Below, in pieces: positions 1-14,349 of a DNA stretch of 64,000 nt. This DNA comes from Eledone cirrhosa (Eukaryota): positions 22,816,001 to 22,880,000 of the forward strand of contig OZ024759.1 in NCBI GenBank assembly GCA_964016885.1, in the 5' to 3' direction. Below the pieces are notes generated by a model that had not been told where the DNA came from, made no database searches, and saw only the letters and a program-made list of their open reading frames with translations. Each line of letters opens with the position of its first letter. The stretch's first letter is position 1. Both the position numbers and the translations under genes were made by a program.

Positions 1-480
1 AATATGACCCTACCTTGTCCTAATCTGAAATATTACTGGACTCATCTCTATATTAACTTTCCCCCAAAATATGACCCCATTCTGTCCTAATCTGAAATAT
101 TACTGGACTCATCTCTATATTAACTTTCCACCAAAATATGACCCTACCCTGTCCTAATCTGAAATATTACTGGACTCATCTCTATATTAACTTTCCATCA
201 AAATATGACCCTACCCTGTCCTAATCTGAAATATTACTGGACTCATCTCTACATTAACTTTCCACCAAAATATGACCCCATTCTGTCCTAATCTGAAATA
301 TTACTGGACTCATCTCTATATTAACTTTCCATCAAAATATGACCCTATCCTGTCCTAATGTGAAATATTACAGGACTTGTCTTTATTATAACTTCCAATC
401 AAAATATGACCCCTTCCTGCCTTAATGCTAAATGTTGATGGTCTTGTCTCTCTATATATACTACCTCTTCCACCAAATGA
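1..480. repeat. 67-bp minisatellite, ~7 copies, decaying to the right
   Basis: AATATGACCC recurs at 1, 68, 135, 202, 269, 336, 403 (period 67). Confidence 0.95.
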
Positions 481-850
481 TGACTACTTCATGCTTTAGT
501 GTGAAATATGGCTGCTCTCGTCCCTCTCCCTCTCTAGGATAAGACAAGAGAAATTCACAACCCTGGCTGAGAAGCGCAGGATCATAACTGATAGTGAGGG
601 CATCTTAATTGCAGCCCAAGACAAAAGCCTTCCCAACGGAAGCCACACCAAAATTATTGTGAATAAATGAAAATAGGTAAAGGTACCATCGGAGAGTTTT
701 GAACTCATTAAGCACAGGGAACAAACTAAACAGTAAAACATTAGTAATTTAGAGCAACACTACGGCTTCTACAAACCTTACTAACTACATATGTGTATGA
801 ATATGAAATTTACAGCTTTGCAGATTTAGTTGACTTTCTATGAACTAGTG

Positions 851-1074
851 CAGTGATTCTCCTCATAGGCCCCTGTACCCACATATGGGCCTGAGAGATT
901 TTAAAAGGGGTCTGGTATAAGCCCAAGGAAAATAGGTGGGCATTGAAATTCTACTTTTGCTTTTGTAAATAAAATGTATTTGCTGTTACATGGAATTTCT
1001 AGTTGTGCTTATGAGGCGCTGAAATATTTTGACACCAAAACTGGGCCACAAGGAAGAAAGGTTGAGAAACACTG
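851..1074. mobile_element. hAT/Charlie-like MITE (old)
   Basis: Terminal inverted repeats CAGTGATTCTC / GAGAAACACTG; degenerate 8-bp flanks AACTAGTG / AGCTAATA. Confidence 0.55.
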
Positions 1075-1828
1075 AGCTAATATCTCACGGGTGGTTTCTT
1101 GAGTGTTTTAATGACAGAGGGTCAAGGTCCTATCGTACGCTATTTTAACAACCTCAGCGAGATTTAGACCCACAAGATAAAGAGCAGGGACATAGAAAGA
1201 AACTATGAAACAGTTTGTCCGGTGCTCTAATGATTTTGTCAACCCACCGCCATTGCCTTCACATGACAATATATATATATCATATATCATGAAATATCAT
1301 GTAATATATGTTTCATTTAAAAACCACTTAGATAATATATGTAAAATATTTAAAACGCAACCTACATCAGACAAGTAACATAAAAGATATTAATAAGCAG
1401 TAAAAATATGTGCAAAGCAGTTTATTCTGGGCATTTAATTCCCAATAGTGTCGTTCTCGCTTGAAGTATGAAACACATTAAATTGCATTAAACAATGCGC
1501 TTCAATTGATCTCATCAATGAGGCAAATGAAATCAAATAGCAAAAAAGACACTATATATATATATATATACAAATATGTATACATGTATTGTATATATAT
1601 ACATTTATATATATATATACATATATATATACAAATATGTATACATGTATTGTATATATATACATTTATATATATATACATATATATACTCATATATACA
1701 CACACACATATATATATATATACATATATATACTCATATATACACACACATATATATATATATACACATATATCTACATACTTACAACTATATATATACA
1801 TTTATGTGTGTGTGTGTGTATGTATTTG

Positions 1829-1878
<50 letters not shown>

Positions 1879-2153
1879 TGTACAAATACATACATACGTA
1901 CATACACACACATATATGTATATATACATACATATATGTGTATGTGAGTGTATTTATACATACATATATGCATATATTTATATATACATATACATAAACA
2001 CACACACAAACACATATATATATATATATATGTATATATAATTTCAGGTCTATAAATCATATAAATCATAACACTTATCGATTTTGTTATCAATATCAAT
2101 CGGAACTCAGCCGACTCCATCATCAATCCACACAGTTTGCTCAACACAAAGTA

Positions 2154-2196
<43 letters not shown>

Positions 2197-2310
2197 TGTA
2201 ATACATAATATATAGCTTTAATATTCTCAGAACCAATATCGAATCTAAAAGCTGTTAAACGTAACAATACGCGGTTTTCATGAAACTGAATCAAGATGGT
2301 TTGGGTTTGA

Positions 2311-2343
<33 letters not shown>

Positions 2344-2358
2344 CATACATACATACAT

Positions 2359-2390
<32 letters not shown>

Positions 2391-2392
<2 letters not shown>

Positions 2393-2575
2393 CATCATCA
2401 TCGGTTAACATCTATCTTCCACAATAACATGTTGTAGACGGGTCGGCCGACCGTGTCTTGCTCGTCTAGGACTGTTTCTGGCTGGTTTTCTACGGCTGGA
2501 TGCCCTTCCTAACGCCAACCACATTTACAGTGTGGGGCCGGATGATTTGTGGTACCTACATAACAAATACACACA

Positions 2576-2636
<61 letters not shown>

Positions 2637-2807
2637 CATCATCGGTTAACATCTATCTTCCACAATAACATGTTGTAGACGGGTCGGCCGACCGTGTCTT
2701 GCTCGTCTAGGACTGTTTCTGGCTGGTTTTCTACGGCTGGATGCCCTTCCTAACGCCAACCACATTTACAGTGTGGGGCCGGATGATTTGTGGTACCTAC
2801 ATAACAA

Positions 2808-2857
<50 letters not shown>

Positions 2858-2860
2858 TTA
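2391..2860. repeat. Tandem duplication (period ~241 bp) of a SINE fragment plus (CA)n(TA)n
   Basis: TCGGTTAACATC...CATAACAAATAC identical at 2401 and 2642; contains GGCTGGATGCCCTTCCTAACGCCAACC. Confidence 0.85.
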
Positions 2861-3029
2861 TTAAAATAACAGATTAAAGTTTAAGCAAAGAATCGCTGCT
2901 TTCACCCTTAAGGGGATCTTCTGAATATTTGCTCTACGGTTCTTATATATTTATCCTTATCGACACATCTTTGGATATTAGTCTTCAAATTTATTATTAT
3001 TATTATTATAATTATTATTACTATATATA

Positions 3030-3198
3030 GGCGGTGGATTGGCAGTATCGGTAGAGGGTCGGATGCCATGCTTTCCAGCATAGTTACGTCCCTTTACGAT
3101 CAGAGTTCAAATCCCGCTTACGGGGTCGATAGAATAAAGTACCAGTAATGCGCTGGGTTATTGCTGGCCTTGTGCCTAAAGTAGAAACAATTATTATT
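3030..3198 (+). mobile_element. tRNA-derived SINE (internally deleted copy)
   Basis: A-box-like TGGCAGTATCGG, B-box GAGTTCAAATCC, body GGGGTCGAT..AAAGTACCAGT, (ATT)n tail; many copies in window. Confidence 0.85.
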
Positions 3199-3327
3199 AC
3201 TATATATATATATTGGGTTTGTTGGTTCACCACTGGATAGAACTGGTCACATTCTGTGTGGTCAGCCACGATGTAATGTTATGGAAAGCACTCAACGTAA
3301 TACAACCACCCGTCTTCGTTTGTGTAG

Positions 3328-3359
<32 letters not shown>

Positions 3360-3570
3360 GGAGACAAAGCAAGTTGAATAGAATGGATATATGTAGATAT
3401 ATGTATGTAGTAAAAGTTTGGTAGAAATATCCAAGTGTAAAAGCACTCAGTCCATAGGACGAGTTTAGTATAAATAGTTACAACAGTGACATATGCAGAT
3501 ACTTAAGTTTTGTTGATTTCTGGACCCCAGCTCCTTCAACATATCATAAGAATAATAAAGATCTTTATTG

Positions 3571-3601
<31 letters not shown>

Positions 3602-3738
3602 TGGTAAACGGAATAGAAAATGCTGACAAATTGTTCACAGTTGAAAAATGGTTTAATTAGGAATAAAAGAGTATTAGTGATTGTATGGGTTAGTATTCAG
3701 TTGTGGTTTTAAGTTTTTAAGTTTTGTTGTGGTTTTAA

Positions 3739-3791
<53 letters not shown>

Positions 3792-4395
3792 GAGTGTGTG
3801 TGTCTGTCGGCCTGTCTGTCGGTCGGTCGGTCGGTCGGTCGCTCACCATACAATGAAAATATGTCGGTCATTCGTATGACAGATACATTGAGCTGCGATC
3901 TGATTGATAGGAGACCTTGACTCCTGGCAACGAAAACAATTTATCATTTACTACGTGAAGAAATAGATAAGCAGTTTTGTTTTTCATATTTCAATTCAAA
4001 AACATATTTCTCGCTTACATGACTAACACAGGAAAGTCTTTTGCAGTGAAAGATACATAGGCCAGATCACATTCTCTTCTATATATATATATTATTGGGC
4101 ACCCACTGAAGAATTATAAGAGCCCACTTGAATATGTATCTGTTGATGTTATACAAGCTCCTACATAAATTGGTATAATTTCACCCAAATTGTAGGAATC
4201 TTATAATGAAACTAGACGTCCGTCTGGGAAGAGATATATTCGATATATCTCATATGAAATAATACAGCCAATTTTCCACACAATACAATTAGTTAGCACC
4301 CCGAACGTTTAATTAGGAATATACTCACTTATTTCCTAATGTTTGTTGAGTGAGTTGGAATTTGGCCGGAGTATCGCTGCTAGCTTTCTCCGATA

Positions 4396-4433
<38 letters not shown>

Positions 4434-4599
4434 GGTAACAAATAATAGTTAAATGCAGTCCACTTAGGTATAGTCCAGTTATGGTATTCCAGGTAGTGGA
4501 TGATATCAACGCTTGGCTTGGTTTGACTCAACAAGGCGTTTTCATAGTGATGCTGCGGGTATGCTGTAATTCCTATGTTGTAAACACTTGGAGTAATAA

Positions 4600-5303
4600 T
4601 AAATCAGGAAAGAAGGTTGACATGGTTTGCTATACAAAAAAGGTTTATAATCTCATAGCTGACAATTGTTTCTCTGAACTGGTAGGTCTAGAGATCGCTA
4701 TTCGCTTGTTTTCACGTTACTCGATCGCCAATTCAAAATTATAACCAGTCAGTTCTTCGGAGCATGCGAAAATGAAGAGAATACACAGGCAAGAAAAGAA
4801 TATACATGCTACTATATGAAGTAGTAATGGCATTCAGTTAGAACAATAACAACAATTACAACAATGCTATTAATAAATTATTTGAGGAGACCCTGACATT
4901 ACTTAGGTGGGGGGTATAGTGTATCTAAGATTTCGGCGTGTAACACTAGCTGACATGAAGCAGAAGTAAAAGTTTGGCATGTACAGAGTAGAGTAGTGTG
5001 TATCAATTTTAAATTTTAAAGATAAGCCAGTGTTTACAGTCTTTCTTTTCATCTTCAATAACATACATGAGTGGGACAACACTGTCAAAGCTAAATAGTG
5101 GGCGAGTTAATACAGAAGTGAAGGAGGTAATATACACATATATTTATACACACACACACATATACACACACACATATATATATATATATATACACATGCA
5201 TGTGTACATAGACACATACACATCAATATACACTCGTACAAAAATATACATACATGCAAAGAGATAAGCGTGCTAATTGTAATTATGAAAAAAGGAAGGT
5301 AAA
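4600..5303 (-). repeat. pLTR / 3' UTR arm 1 of ~700-bp inverted repeat
   Basis: Near-identical reverse complement of 7477-8170. Confidence 0.95.
4654..4766 (-). ncRNA. Type I hammerhead ribozyme in PLE pLTR (CCGAAGA variant, extended stem II)
   Basis: CAUGCU-CCGAAGA-A-CUGACUGG..~60 nt..CCAGUUCAG-A-GAAA-CAAUUG-UC/AGCUAUG; palindromic stem III, GUC site. Confidence 0.75.
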
Positions 5304-5506
5304 GTTACATTGTAGTAGTGATTTGAGAAAAACTAGGATTTAGGATCAAATGATGGCAGCAGCTGAGAAGGAATAAGTTTGTGGGTTGATGAGGTACTTA
5401 CAGACATTTGTATGGTATAGACTTGTGAAGGCTAGAGTGTACTTAATGAGTATATTTCTGTGGGTAGTGGGTATCCTAATTTAAAGCTAAGTTGTGTTGG
5501 TTCGAT

Positions 5507-7476
5507 TCACGGAGGTTTGAATCTTATGAATTTAGTGGCAATTCTATGTCTGCAGAAGATAGATCTTTCTAACTTATTGTTAAGTAGCCTTTTTACATTT
5601 TTGAGGATATACATTAGTTCAAGATCACATAGCCCGCAGTGGGACATACCTGTACTATAGGTTTTAGCAGCCGACAACTTCGACCAGTTAATACTGTAGT
5701 TAGTGCTGCTGTCCTTCAGTTCCCATATTTTTTTGGCGAGGGTTGTGGAACCCATAAGTGCACGGTTTATAAGTGCCTGTGCATATACCATCTTTTTTTA
5801 AAAGAACCCGCGGTGGATCCTATGTAATTCCAAGTGGAGTTATCCGAGATGACCGTGCACATATATACTAGGCTCGAATCAAGACATCTGTTCGCCAATG
5901 GGCACCTATCTGGTAGGTGACAGTTACAGTTTGAGGCGCTATTTTGTGCAGCTTTTACATTCCTGTTTAGTACTCTGTTATAAGTGGGTTGTGATATATG
6001 CCCAATGGGGTTTTGCTGCTGCACGTTTGTATGCGCTTGCGGTTGTGATGTTGTGATGTGTTTATGCTTATAATTTGGTGCTACGTTATGTATAGGTGCG
6101 GTTGATTTACTAGAGATATTTCTGCGGTTGATCTTGCGTATGTGTGATTCTATATTTGCTGCTGTTAAGTATGAGAGTTTTATAGTAAATCTATTGAGTA
6201 TTTTGTGATATCTATGCAAGATAGGGAAGTGTTTATCTATTAGTTTAAAGAATGTAGAGGGCAGTCTAGTTTTTATAGAGGAGTTGAAGATTGGGTTGAA
6301 CCATAGGTATTTTCTTTGTCTGTTTCTTCTAATGTTTCTTGGGTTTACGTTATTAGTGTTTTGGCCGTTTACTCCAGGTGTTACGTGTCTAACCCTATGT
6401 CTAGTCAAGCTATTTCTATTATTATGTGAGCGGTTGGTGTAGTAATTACTAGGATTGTTTACGTTGTCTTTATTCACTATATACTGCAGTTTATCTTTAT
6501 GACCGGCCCTACTTAATGCTGCATTATAATAGTCAGCATGCTCGTTAAAGATTTCTAGGTTTGAGGATAAGCGGGATATTCGGAGGGATATACTACGTGC
6601 TATGGATCTAATTATGGATTTGGGGTGGTTTGAGTTGTAACTAATGTAGGCAAGATTTTCATTATTTTTGTGGAAAGGTTCTATTAATCCCGTATTTAGA
6701 TTTAGAGTCACATCTAGAAAGTTTACCTTCTTATGGTTCAGTTCGTAGGTAATACTTAGGCCTAGTTTTTTGAAGAATATTCTAATATTTTTTCTTAGTC
6801 TTTCCATGCTCTGGTTGTTTAGGTTCCTAGCTATAAGTAGCGTGTCGTCCCTATAAATTCCTCCTTGGAGGTTACTGAATTCCTTATGTAGGTTGTGTGC
6901 TATGAATAGCCCCACGATATCTGTGATTTGCGCAGAATCGTTTGATCCCATTGTTATATCGAAGCTATTTATCCTATCCTTTCTTACCCAGTAGCTATTT
7001 TCAAATTTCATGATAGTCCTTCTAGCCGCTATTATTATTTCAATTTCATCATGGGTAAGATCAGAGTTATTTTGGGCAAATATAAGCGCCTTATCTAGGG
7101 TAGCTGGGGATATGGATGCATCGTAGTCGTCTATATCAAATTGTATGAAGTTACACGTCTCCCTATTTTGTATTTTACTGAACCATTTAATTGCCTCGTT
7201 AGTGTTGCCCCATAAATTGATTTCTAGTTTACCCTTTATTTGTGCGATTACCCTATCTAGAATGTTCTTGCTAATTTTACCTATGTCTGACTTGGATGGG
7301 CATATTAATCTAATGGTGGGGTTAGTTTCAAAGTTATTTTTGTGATCCTTCAGGTTAAATGTTGGGTTGCACGGGGTTAGCGGTTCGGTCCTATCGGGAA
7401 TTCCAAGTTTATTAACTATCTTGAGTCCCTCCACGTTAATGCTGGTGAGTGTAGATTCATTTGTTTTTTTATATTT
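5507..7476 (-). pseudogene. PLE reverse transcriptase-GIY-YIG endonuclease polyprotein, N-terminally truncated, one frameshift near 5771
   Basis: Motifs LKDHK..NPTIRLICP, FDIDDYDASI, FDITMGS, GIYRDD, VNFLDVTL, SNHP; linker CNCHLPDRC (CxCx5C); LVY..YIGST..FKKRW..H continuing in the 5507-5791 frame as TTLAKKIWELKD..CGLCDLE..CRH; frame is open upstream of the GTG up to the inversion junction (KYKKTNE..). Confidence 0.92.
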
Positions 7477-7587
7477 TTTACCTTCCTTTTTCCATAATTA
7501 CAATTAGCACGCTTATCTCTTTGCATGTATGTATATTTTTGTACGAGTGTATATTGATGTGTATGTATGTGTCTATGTACACATGCA

Positions 7588-7632
<45 letters not shown>

Positions 7633-8170
7633 ATAAATATGTGTATATTACCTCCTTCACCTCTGTATTAACTCGCCCACTATTCAGCTTTGACAGTGTT
7701 GTCCCACTCATGTATGTTATTGAAGATGAAAAGAAAGACTGTAAACACTGGCTTATCTTTAAAATTTAAAATTGATACACACTACTCTACTCTGTACATG
7801 CCAAACTTTTACTTCTGCTTCATGTCAGCTAGTTTTACACGCCGAAATCTTAGATACACTATACCTCCCCACCTAAGTAATGTCAGGGTCTCCTCAAATA
7901 ATTTATTAATAGCATTGTTGTAATTGTTCTAACTGAATGCCCTTACTACTTCATATAGTAGCCTGTATATTCTTTTCTTGCCTGTATAATCTATTGATTC
8001 TCGCATGCTCCGAAGAACTGACTGGTTATAATTTTGTATTGGCGATCGAGTAACGTGAAAACAAGCGAATAGCGATCTCTAGACCTGCCAGTTCAGAGAA
8101 ACAATTGTCAGCTATGAGATTAAAAACCTTTTTTGTATAGCAAACCATGTCAACCTTCTTTCCTGATTTA
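7477..8170 (+). repeat. Inverted pLTR arm 2 (5' inversion)
   Basis: Reverse complement of 4600-5303; abuts truncated ORF. Confidence 0.95.
8004..8116 (+). ncRNA. Type I hammerhead ribozyme, mirror copy in inverted pLTR
   Basis: CCGAAGA 8010-8016, GAAA 8098-8101, ACAATTGT palindrome, predicted cleavage after C8109. Confidence 0.75.
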
Positions 8171-8232
8171 TATATATATATATAATAGTAATTCAAGGAC
8201 GACTGGTTACGACTTCATTACGTTTATTGGTT

Positions 8233-8317
8233 GGTAACGCGCGTTCCGCTATTGATCAGCTCAAGGTTCGATCTGTATCCATCTGGCCCGACTCGGGAAT
8301 CAAAAGCTCGTCGGACC
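8233..8317 (-). ncRNA. Degenerate hammerhead ribozyme in a separate TA-flanked insertion (8184-8412)
   Basis: GGU-CCGACGA-GCUUUUGAU..AUCAAUAGC-GGAA-CGCGCG-UU/ACC; GAAA mutated to GGAA. Confidence 0.6.
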
Positions 8318-9257
8318 TCTGTAGTAGTAGTGACACCTCGACACTGCCGTGGATCTAAACATCGAGTGATCACCTGGGTGAACCTATAGTAACTTAGTGT
8401 TAAACTCCCTGGATATATATATATATATCTGTCCATTTTCTCATTCTCTCTGGAAGAAATTGGAGAGTGTTAGGAGTGTTAGGACCCGGAGAGTGGATGC
8501 ACTCTGCCAGGTTTTAAACGGCCAATATATTTTGTACGTCACGATCGCGTCGGAGAGCAGTCGATTTCTTTGAGAGAGAGAGAGAGAGTGAGAGCGATTC
8601 CTTGAGTGGCTTGTGGGTTGTGTTCTAGAGCAAAACACTTCATGTTACGTTGTTCCAGTATACTCAGCTGAAATAGGTACCAGCAATATTATTTAACTTT
8701 ATCGACCTCCAATTTGAGGAGTTGACCTTGGCGGGATTTGAACTCAAAATATCAAGAGTTGGAACAAATACTGCTAGGTATTTATCGGACTCTCTAACGA
8801 TCTGCCAATCCACTCCGATATACTCAGTGTTGTGTGATGGTACTCACCTTTATAGGAGCACACATGGCTTAGTAATTAATGATTTTACGTTGAATGTATT
8901 ATATTTGTTTGTGTAGGGCGGTGAATTGGCAGAATCGATAGAGCGTCAGACACCATGTTTTACAGTATAGAGTTATGGCCCTTTACGTTCTAAGTTCAAA
9001 TCCCGCCGAGTTTATCTTTGCCTTCATCCTTACGGGGTCGATAAAATAAAGTACCAGTAATGGACTGGGGTAATGTTGGCCTTGTGCCAAACGAAGGAAC
9101 AATTATTATTTTATAACTCAGTTAGCTTTGCCTTTCATCCTTACGAGATCGATAAAATAAAGTATCAGTAATGCAATAGGGTCGATGTAATCGACTTTCC
9201 CCTCCTCATCCCCAAAATTGCTGACCTTGTGCCTAAATCAGAAACGATTATTATTTA

Positions 9258-10999
<1,742 letters not shown>

Positions 11000-11047
11000 T
11001 AAAGTAATAATGGTTAAAATAAGAATGGTGTATATATACACACACAC

Positions 11048-11091
<44 letters not shown>

Positions 11092-11114
11092 TATACACAT
11101 CATATATATCTATA

Positions 11115-11165
<51 letters not shown>

Positions 11166-11193
11166 ACATATATATATATATATACATATATAT

Positions 11194-11229
<36 letters not shown>

Positions 11230-11451
11230 GATGTGTATATATATATGTATATATATATATATGTGTGTATATATATATATGAATGTATCTATAGATATGT
11301 TTGTATGTGCGTATATATATATACAATGCATAATTTACACGCTAATGCGTATATTTAAAACAAATGTATTTTGTATAAGACATATTGCTAAGAAAACGGA
11401 AGGTAACTGAAACGCAAATAAATTAATAAATAAAATGGATAAACAAATATG

Positions 11452-11491
<40 letters not shown>

Positions 11492-11506
11492 TATATATTT
11501 AAATAC

Positions 11507-11542
<36 letters not shown>

Positions 11543-11902
11543 AAATGAATTATCGACAATTGACAAACGAAGAATAAATATTGGGCGAATGAGAAAAATG
11601 TCAGAATATTTTCTATACAAACTATTACTCGTTGGAAATTTCTATATAAAATCGAATATAAAATAACTAATAGAAACAGTAAAAAAACAAAGACAAAACA
11701 AACAAGGACAACAACAACAGCATGAACAAGAAAAATAATTAAAACCCTAGAAATAAACGTCAATAATTTTTGGAATAAACGATTCCTGTTTTATTTCATG
11801 TGTTTATTTTTTAAAGAATTAGAAGTAAATGTTCGGTAAAAGAGAATTGTGAGAATAGTAAAAGTAGCGAAATGACTAAGTGAAGGAGAATATCGGATGT
11901 AT

Positions 11903-11942
<40 letters not shown>

Positions 11943-12127
11943 TATATACACACACACAGTCAAACACACATCTATATATTTGCATATAAATACATATATA
12001 CAGACGTGTCTATGCATCTGCATAAATAAATATATATATATATATATACACTCATATATATATTCACAGTCAAAACATATCTATATATTTACATATATAC
12101 ACACATATACAGACGTATGTATACATT

Positions 12128-12171
<44 letters not shown>

Positions 12172-12207
12172 TATATATAATTAAGTATATATATAAAATC
12201 ATATATA

Positions 12208-12247
<40 letters not shown>

Positions 12248-12310
12248 CACATTTATAATTACATATATATATATATGTACGGGCACACAATAGAGACACA
12301 CGCACGCTCA

Positions 12311-12357
<47 letters not shown>

Positions 12358-12701
12358 CTAATGGAAACCTAATTATCCACTTAATAAAATAGCGAATCTT
12401 CCTGATTCATCAATATTATTGTAAAGATGTATTTCTGCAAATTTCGTTATCATTTCAAACTTATAATGAAAATATAGATAAAATGAGATTTTCCTGTTTT
12501 ATGGTTTTCGACTGAAAAACATTGTAAACAGCAAACAATGGAAGCAATAAACCTGCAGAATATAGACGAAGACTTCTCTGAGTGTGTGTTTGTGTTCGTG
12601 GTTGTGTTTATGTTTGTGTGTTTATATACGACTCTCTGCAGGCAGGTGTTTTAAAGGAATTGAAAACGTAGCGGAAAAAAATGGCTGTTGCTGGTGGTAT
12701 G

Positions 12702-12734
<33 letters not shown>

Positions 12735-12874
12735 ATAGGTAGTACGGTGAAGTACTGGTGTTGGTACCAAATCAGCACTCTCTGCACAGGCAGTGTGTAT
12801 ATGATAAAAAAAATGTATGTATGTATGTATGTATGTATGTATGTATGTATGTATGTATGTACGTACGTATGTAA

Positions 12875-13430
12875 TGTCGGGTCGTTGGCGACTAAACTGG
12901 CAACCCCACCAAGGTTTCTTGGTGAGGAGGGTGACTTTGGACATCCTGCAGGACTAAAAACAAAACCTGTCAAAGAGCAAAGAAGCTCTTAAGAGTCAAT
13001 GGCCATCCAAAATCACCGAGAGAGATGACCCCTTAGCCTTTGTCAAGGCAGAATTCTCGGAGAAGGAAAACTCTGATATAGCACCTGCAACTCTGATGGT
13101 ATCCAATGATGTTGACTTGTTCTTCTTTTTGGTAAATATCATCTTGGTTAAGAGAGTGGGACTGGCTTTGTGCAGTGCCTTTGCTCACTATAAAAGCATC
13201 ACGGCACAGGCATTGCTTTATATCTGGAGATCTCTCTGCACTTGTCGTCACATGGTACCATGGGCCCAGCACTATGTGTCAATAATTGTCACAAGTGTTG
13301 TGTTTGTACCAGAGTTTTCAAGTCATTGGCTGGACTAAAAAGTCACACTCGTTCAGCGCAACGGTAGGGGTTCTCCTACATGGATATAAAGTAGTGGCCG
13401 TACTCGAAAACGAGTTGGCAGCCACCATGT
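12875..13430 (+). mobile_element. Internally deleted RTE-clade LINE derivative (5' UTR-like part joined to C-terminal zinc finger and 3' end), in (TATG)n
   Basis: GGAGAAGGAAAACTCTGA motif recalled from RTE 5' regions; HKCCVCTRVFKSLAGLKSHTRS zinc-finger-like end; CTCGAAAACGAG 3' stem-loop; (TATG)n both sides. Confidence 0.6.
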
Positions 13431-13650
13431 ATGTATGTATCTATGTATGTATGTATATGCGTATGTATGTATGTATGTATGTATGTATGTATGTATGTAT
13501 GTATGTATGTATGTATGTATGTATGTATGTATGTATGTACGTACGTACGTACGTACATATCTTTTACATTCATACTTTGGTCAGGGCGAGTCGGTACATA
13601 ACCTGTAGTTCTAATAATTATAGGTATGAAGCTGAATGTGTGTTTTGGGT

Positions 13651-14110
13651 ACGGGATCCGCGGGTAGAGCTGCTACGTCCCCGAATTGAAAGATCACAGC
13701 TCAGGTACTATGGGCATGTGGTTAGAATGTCTCATGAAAGCATCGCTGGACAGATTTTACAAGCAAAACGAAACAGCAAGATACCCAGGGTTAGACCCCG
13801 AGCAAGATGGTTGGATAACATCCATGAGCTTGGCTGGTCACGCTTGGGGATTCAGCTGGATATTTTAAAGATTGTTGCTTCTGACAGGACCCTCATAGGA
13901 GGACGGTCGGTACTCCAGGACTGGTGGCGTTAAACCGGGCCACGTCATCTACTCAACTCGTACTAGGAACAGAATTCTTGGAACACCTTTGTGAAGTATA
14001 ATACAACTGGAGACGGTTGCTTCTGACAAGACCTGCTGGAAGGAGTGTTTGAGGGCCCTAGCCGCCATGACCCTCCAAGTAATAAGTGAGTGAAGAACAA
14101 AAAGAAGACG
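13651..14110 (+). mobile_element. RTE-clade LINE 3' end (C-terminal ORF remnant), interrupted
   Basis: IERSQLRYYGHVVRM...RVRPRARWLDNI...VASDRT; resumes ~14007 as LETVASDKTCWKECLRAL; (GAA)-like tail. Confidence 0.85.
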
Positions 14111-14349
14111 ATCTGCCAAACTCCGTAAATATCCAGCTTCTCTTGGATCTTTCTCCCTACATTCATATACAGGGGCAGCTGACATCTACGATAAAGCATA
14201 CTTTTTATGTGTGGTCCCAAAAAATAATCTCAGACCGGTTGCATTTTAATTTGCTGGCGGTTTATATTTTTATATTCCACCAGTATTTCTTGGTGGAATA
14301 TGTGTATGAATATATGTATGTATGTTTGTGTGCATGCATGTGTATATAT

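Larger units (their letters stand above)
4431..8170 (-). mobile_element. Penelope-like retroelement (Naiad-type), 5'-truncated with inverted pseudo-LTR, inserted in (TA)n
   Basis: RT + GIY-YIG ORF on minus strand; 3' UTR 4600-5303 repeated inverted at 7477-8170; (TA)n at both ends (4399-4430, 8170-8183); hammerhead in pLTR. Confidence 0.92.

Noticed and set aside
1-480. 67-bp repeats as CRISPR array
   Set aside because: The whole unit is repeated, with no unique spacers and no cas genes, in a eukaryotic context
5507-5509. TGA as selenocysteine codon
   Set aside because: It lies after the conserved CRH terminus rather than at a Cys position, and no convincing SECIS was seen
4600-8170. Inverted arms as DNA-transposon TIRs or DIRS ITRs
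   Set aside because: The ORF is RT + GIY-YIG and is truncated exactly at the arm junction, and one arm extends further to the true 3' end, as expected for a PLE 5' inversion
12642-12800. Possible first coding exon (ATGGCTGTTGCTGGTG|GTATGT)
   Set aside because: The implied intron is only 42 nt of microsatellite and the peptide is unrecognisable, so it cannot be supported without transcripts
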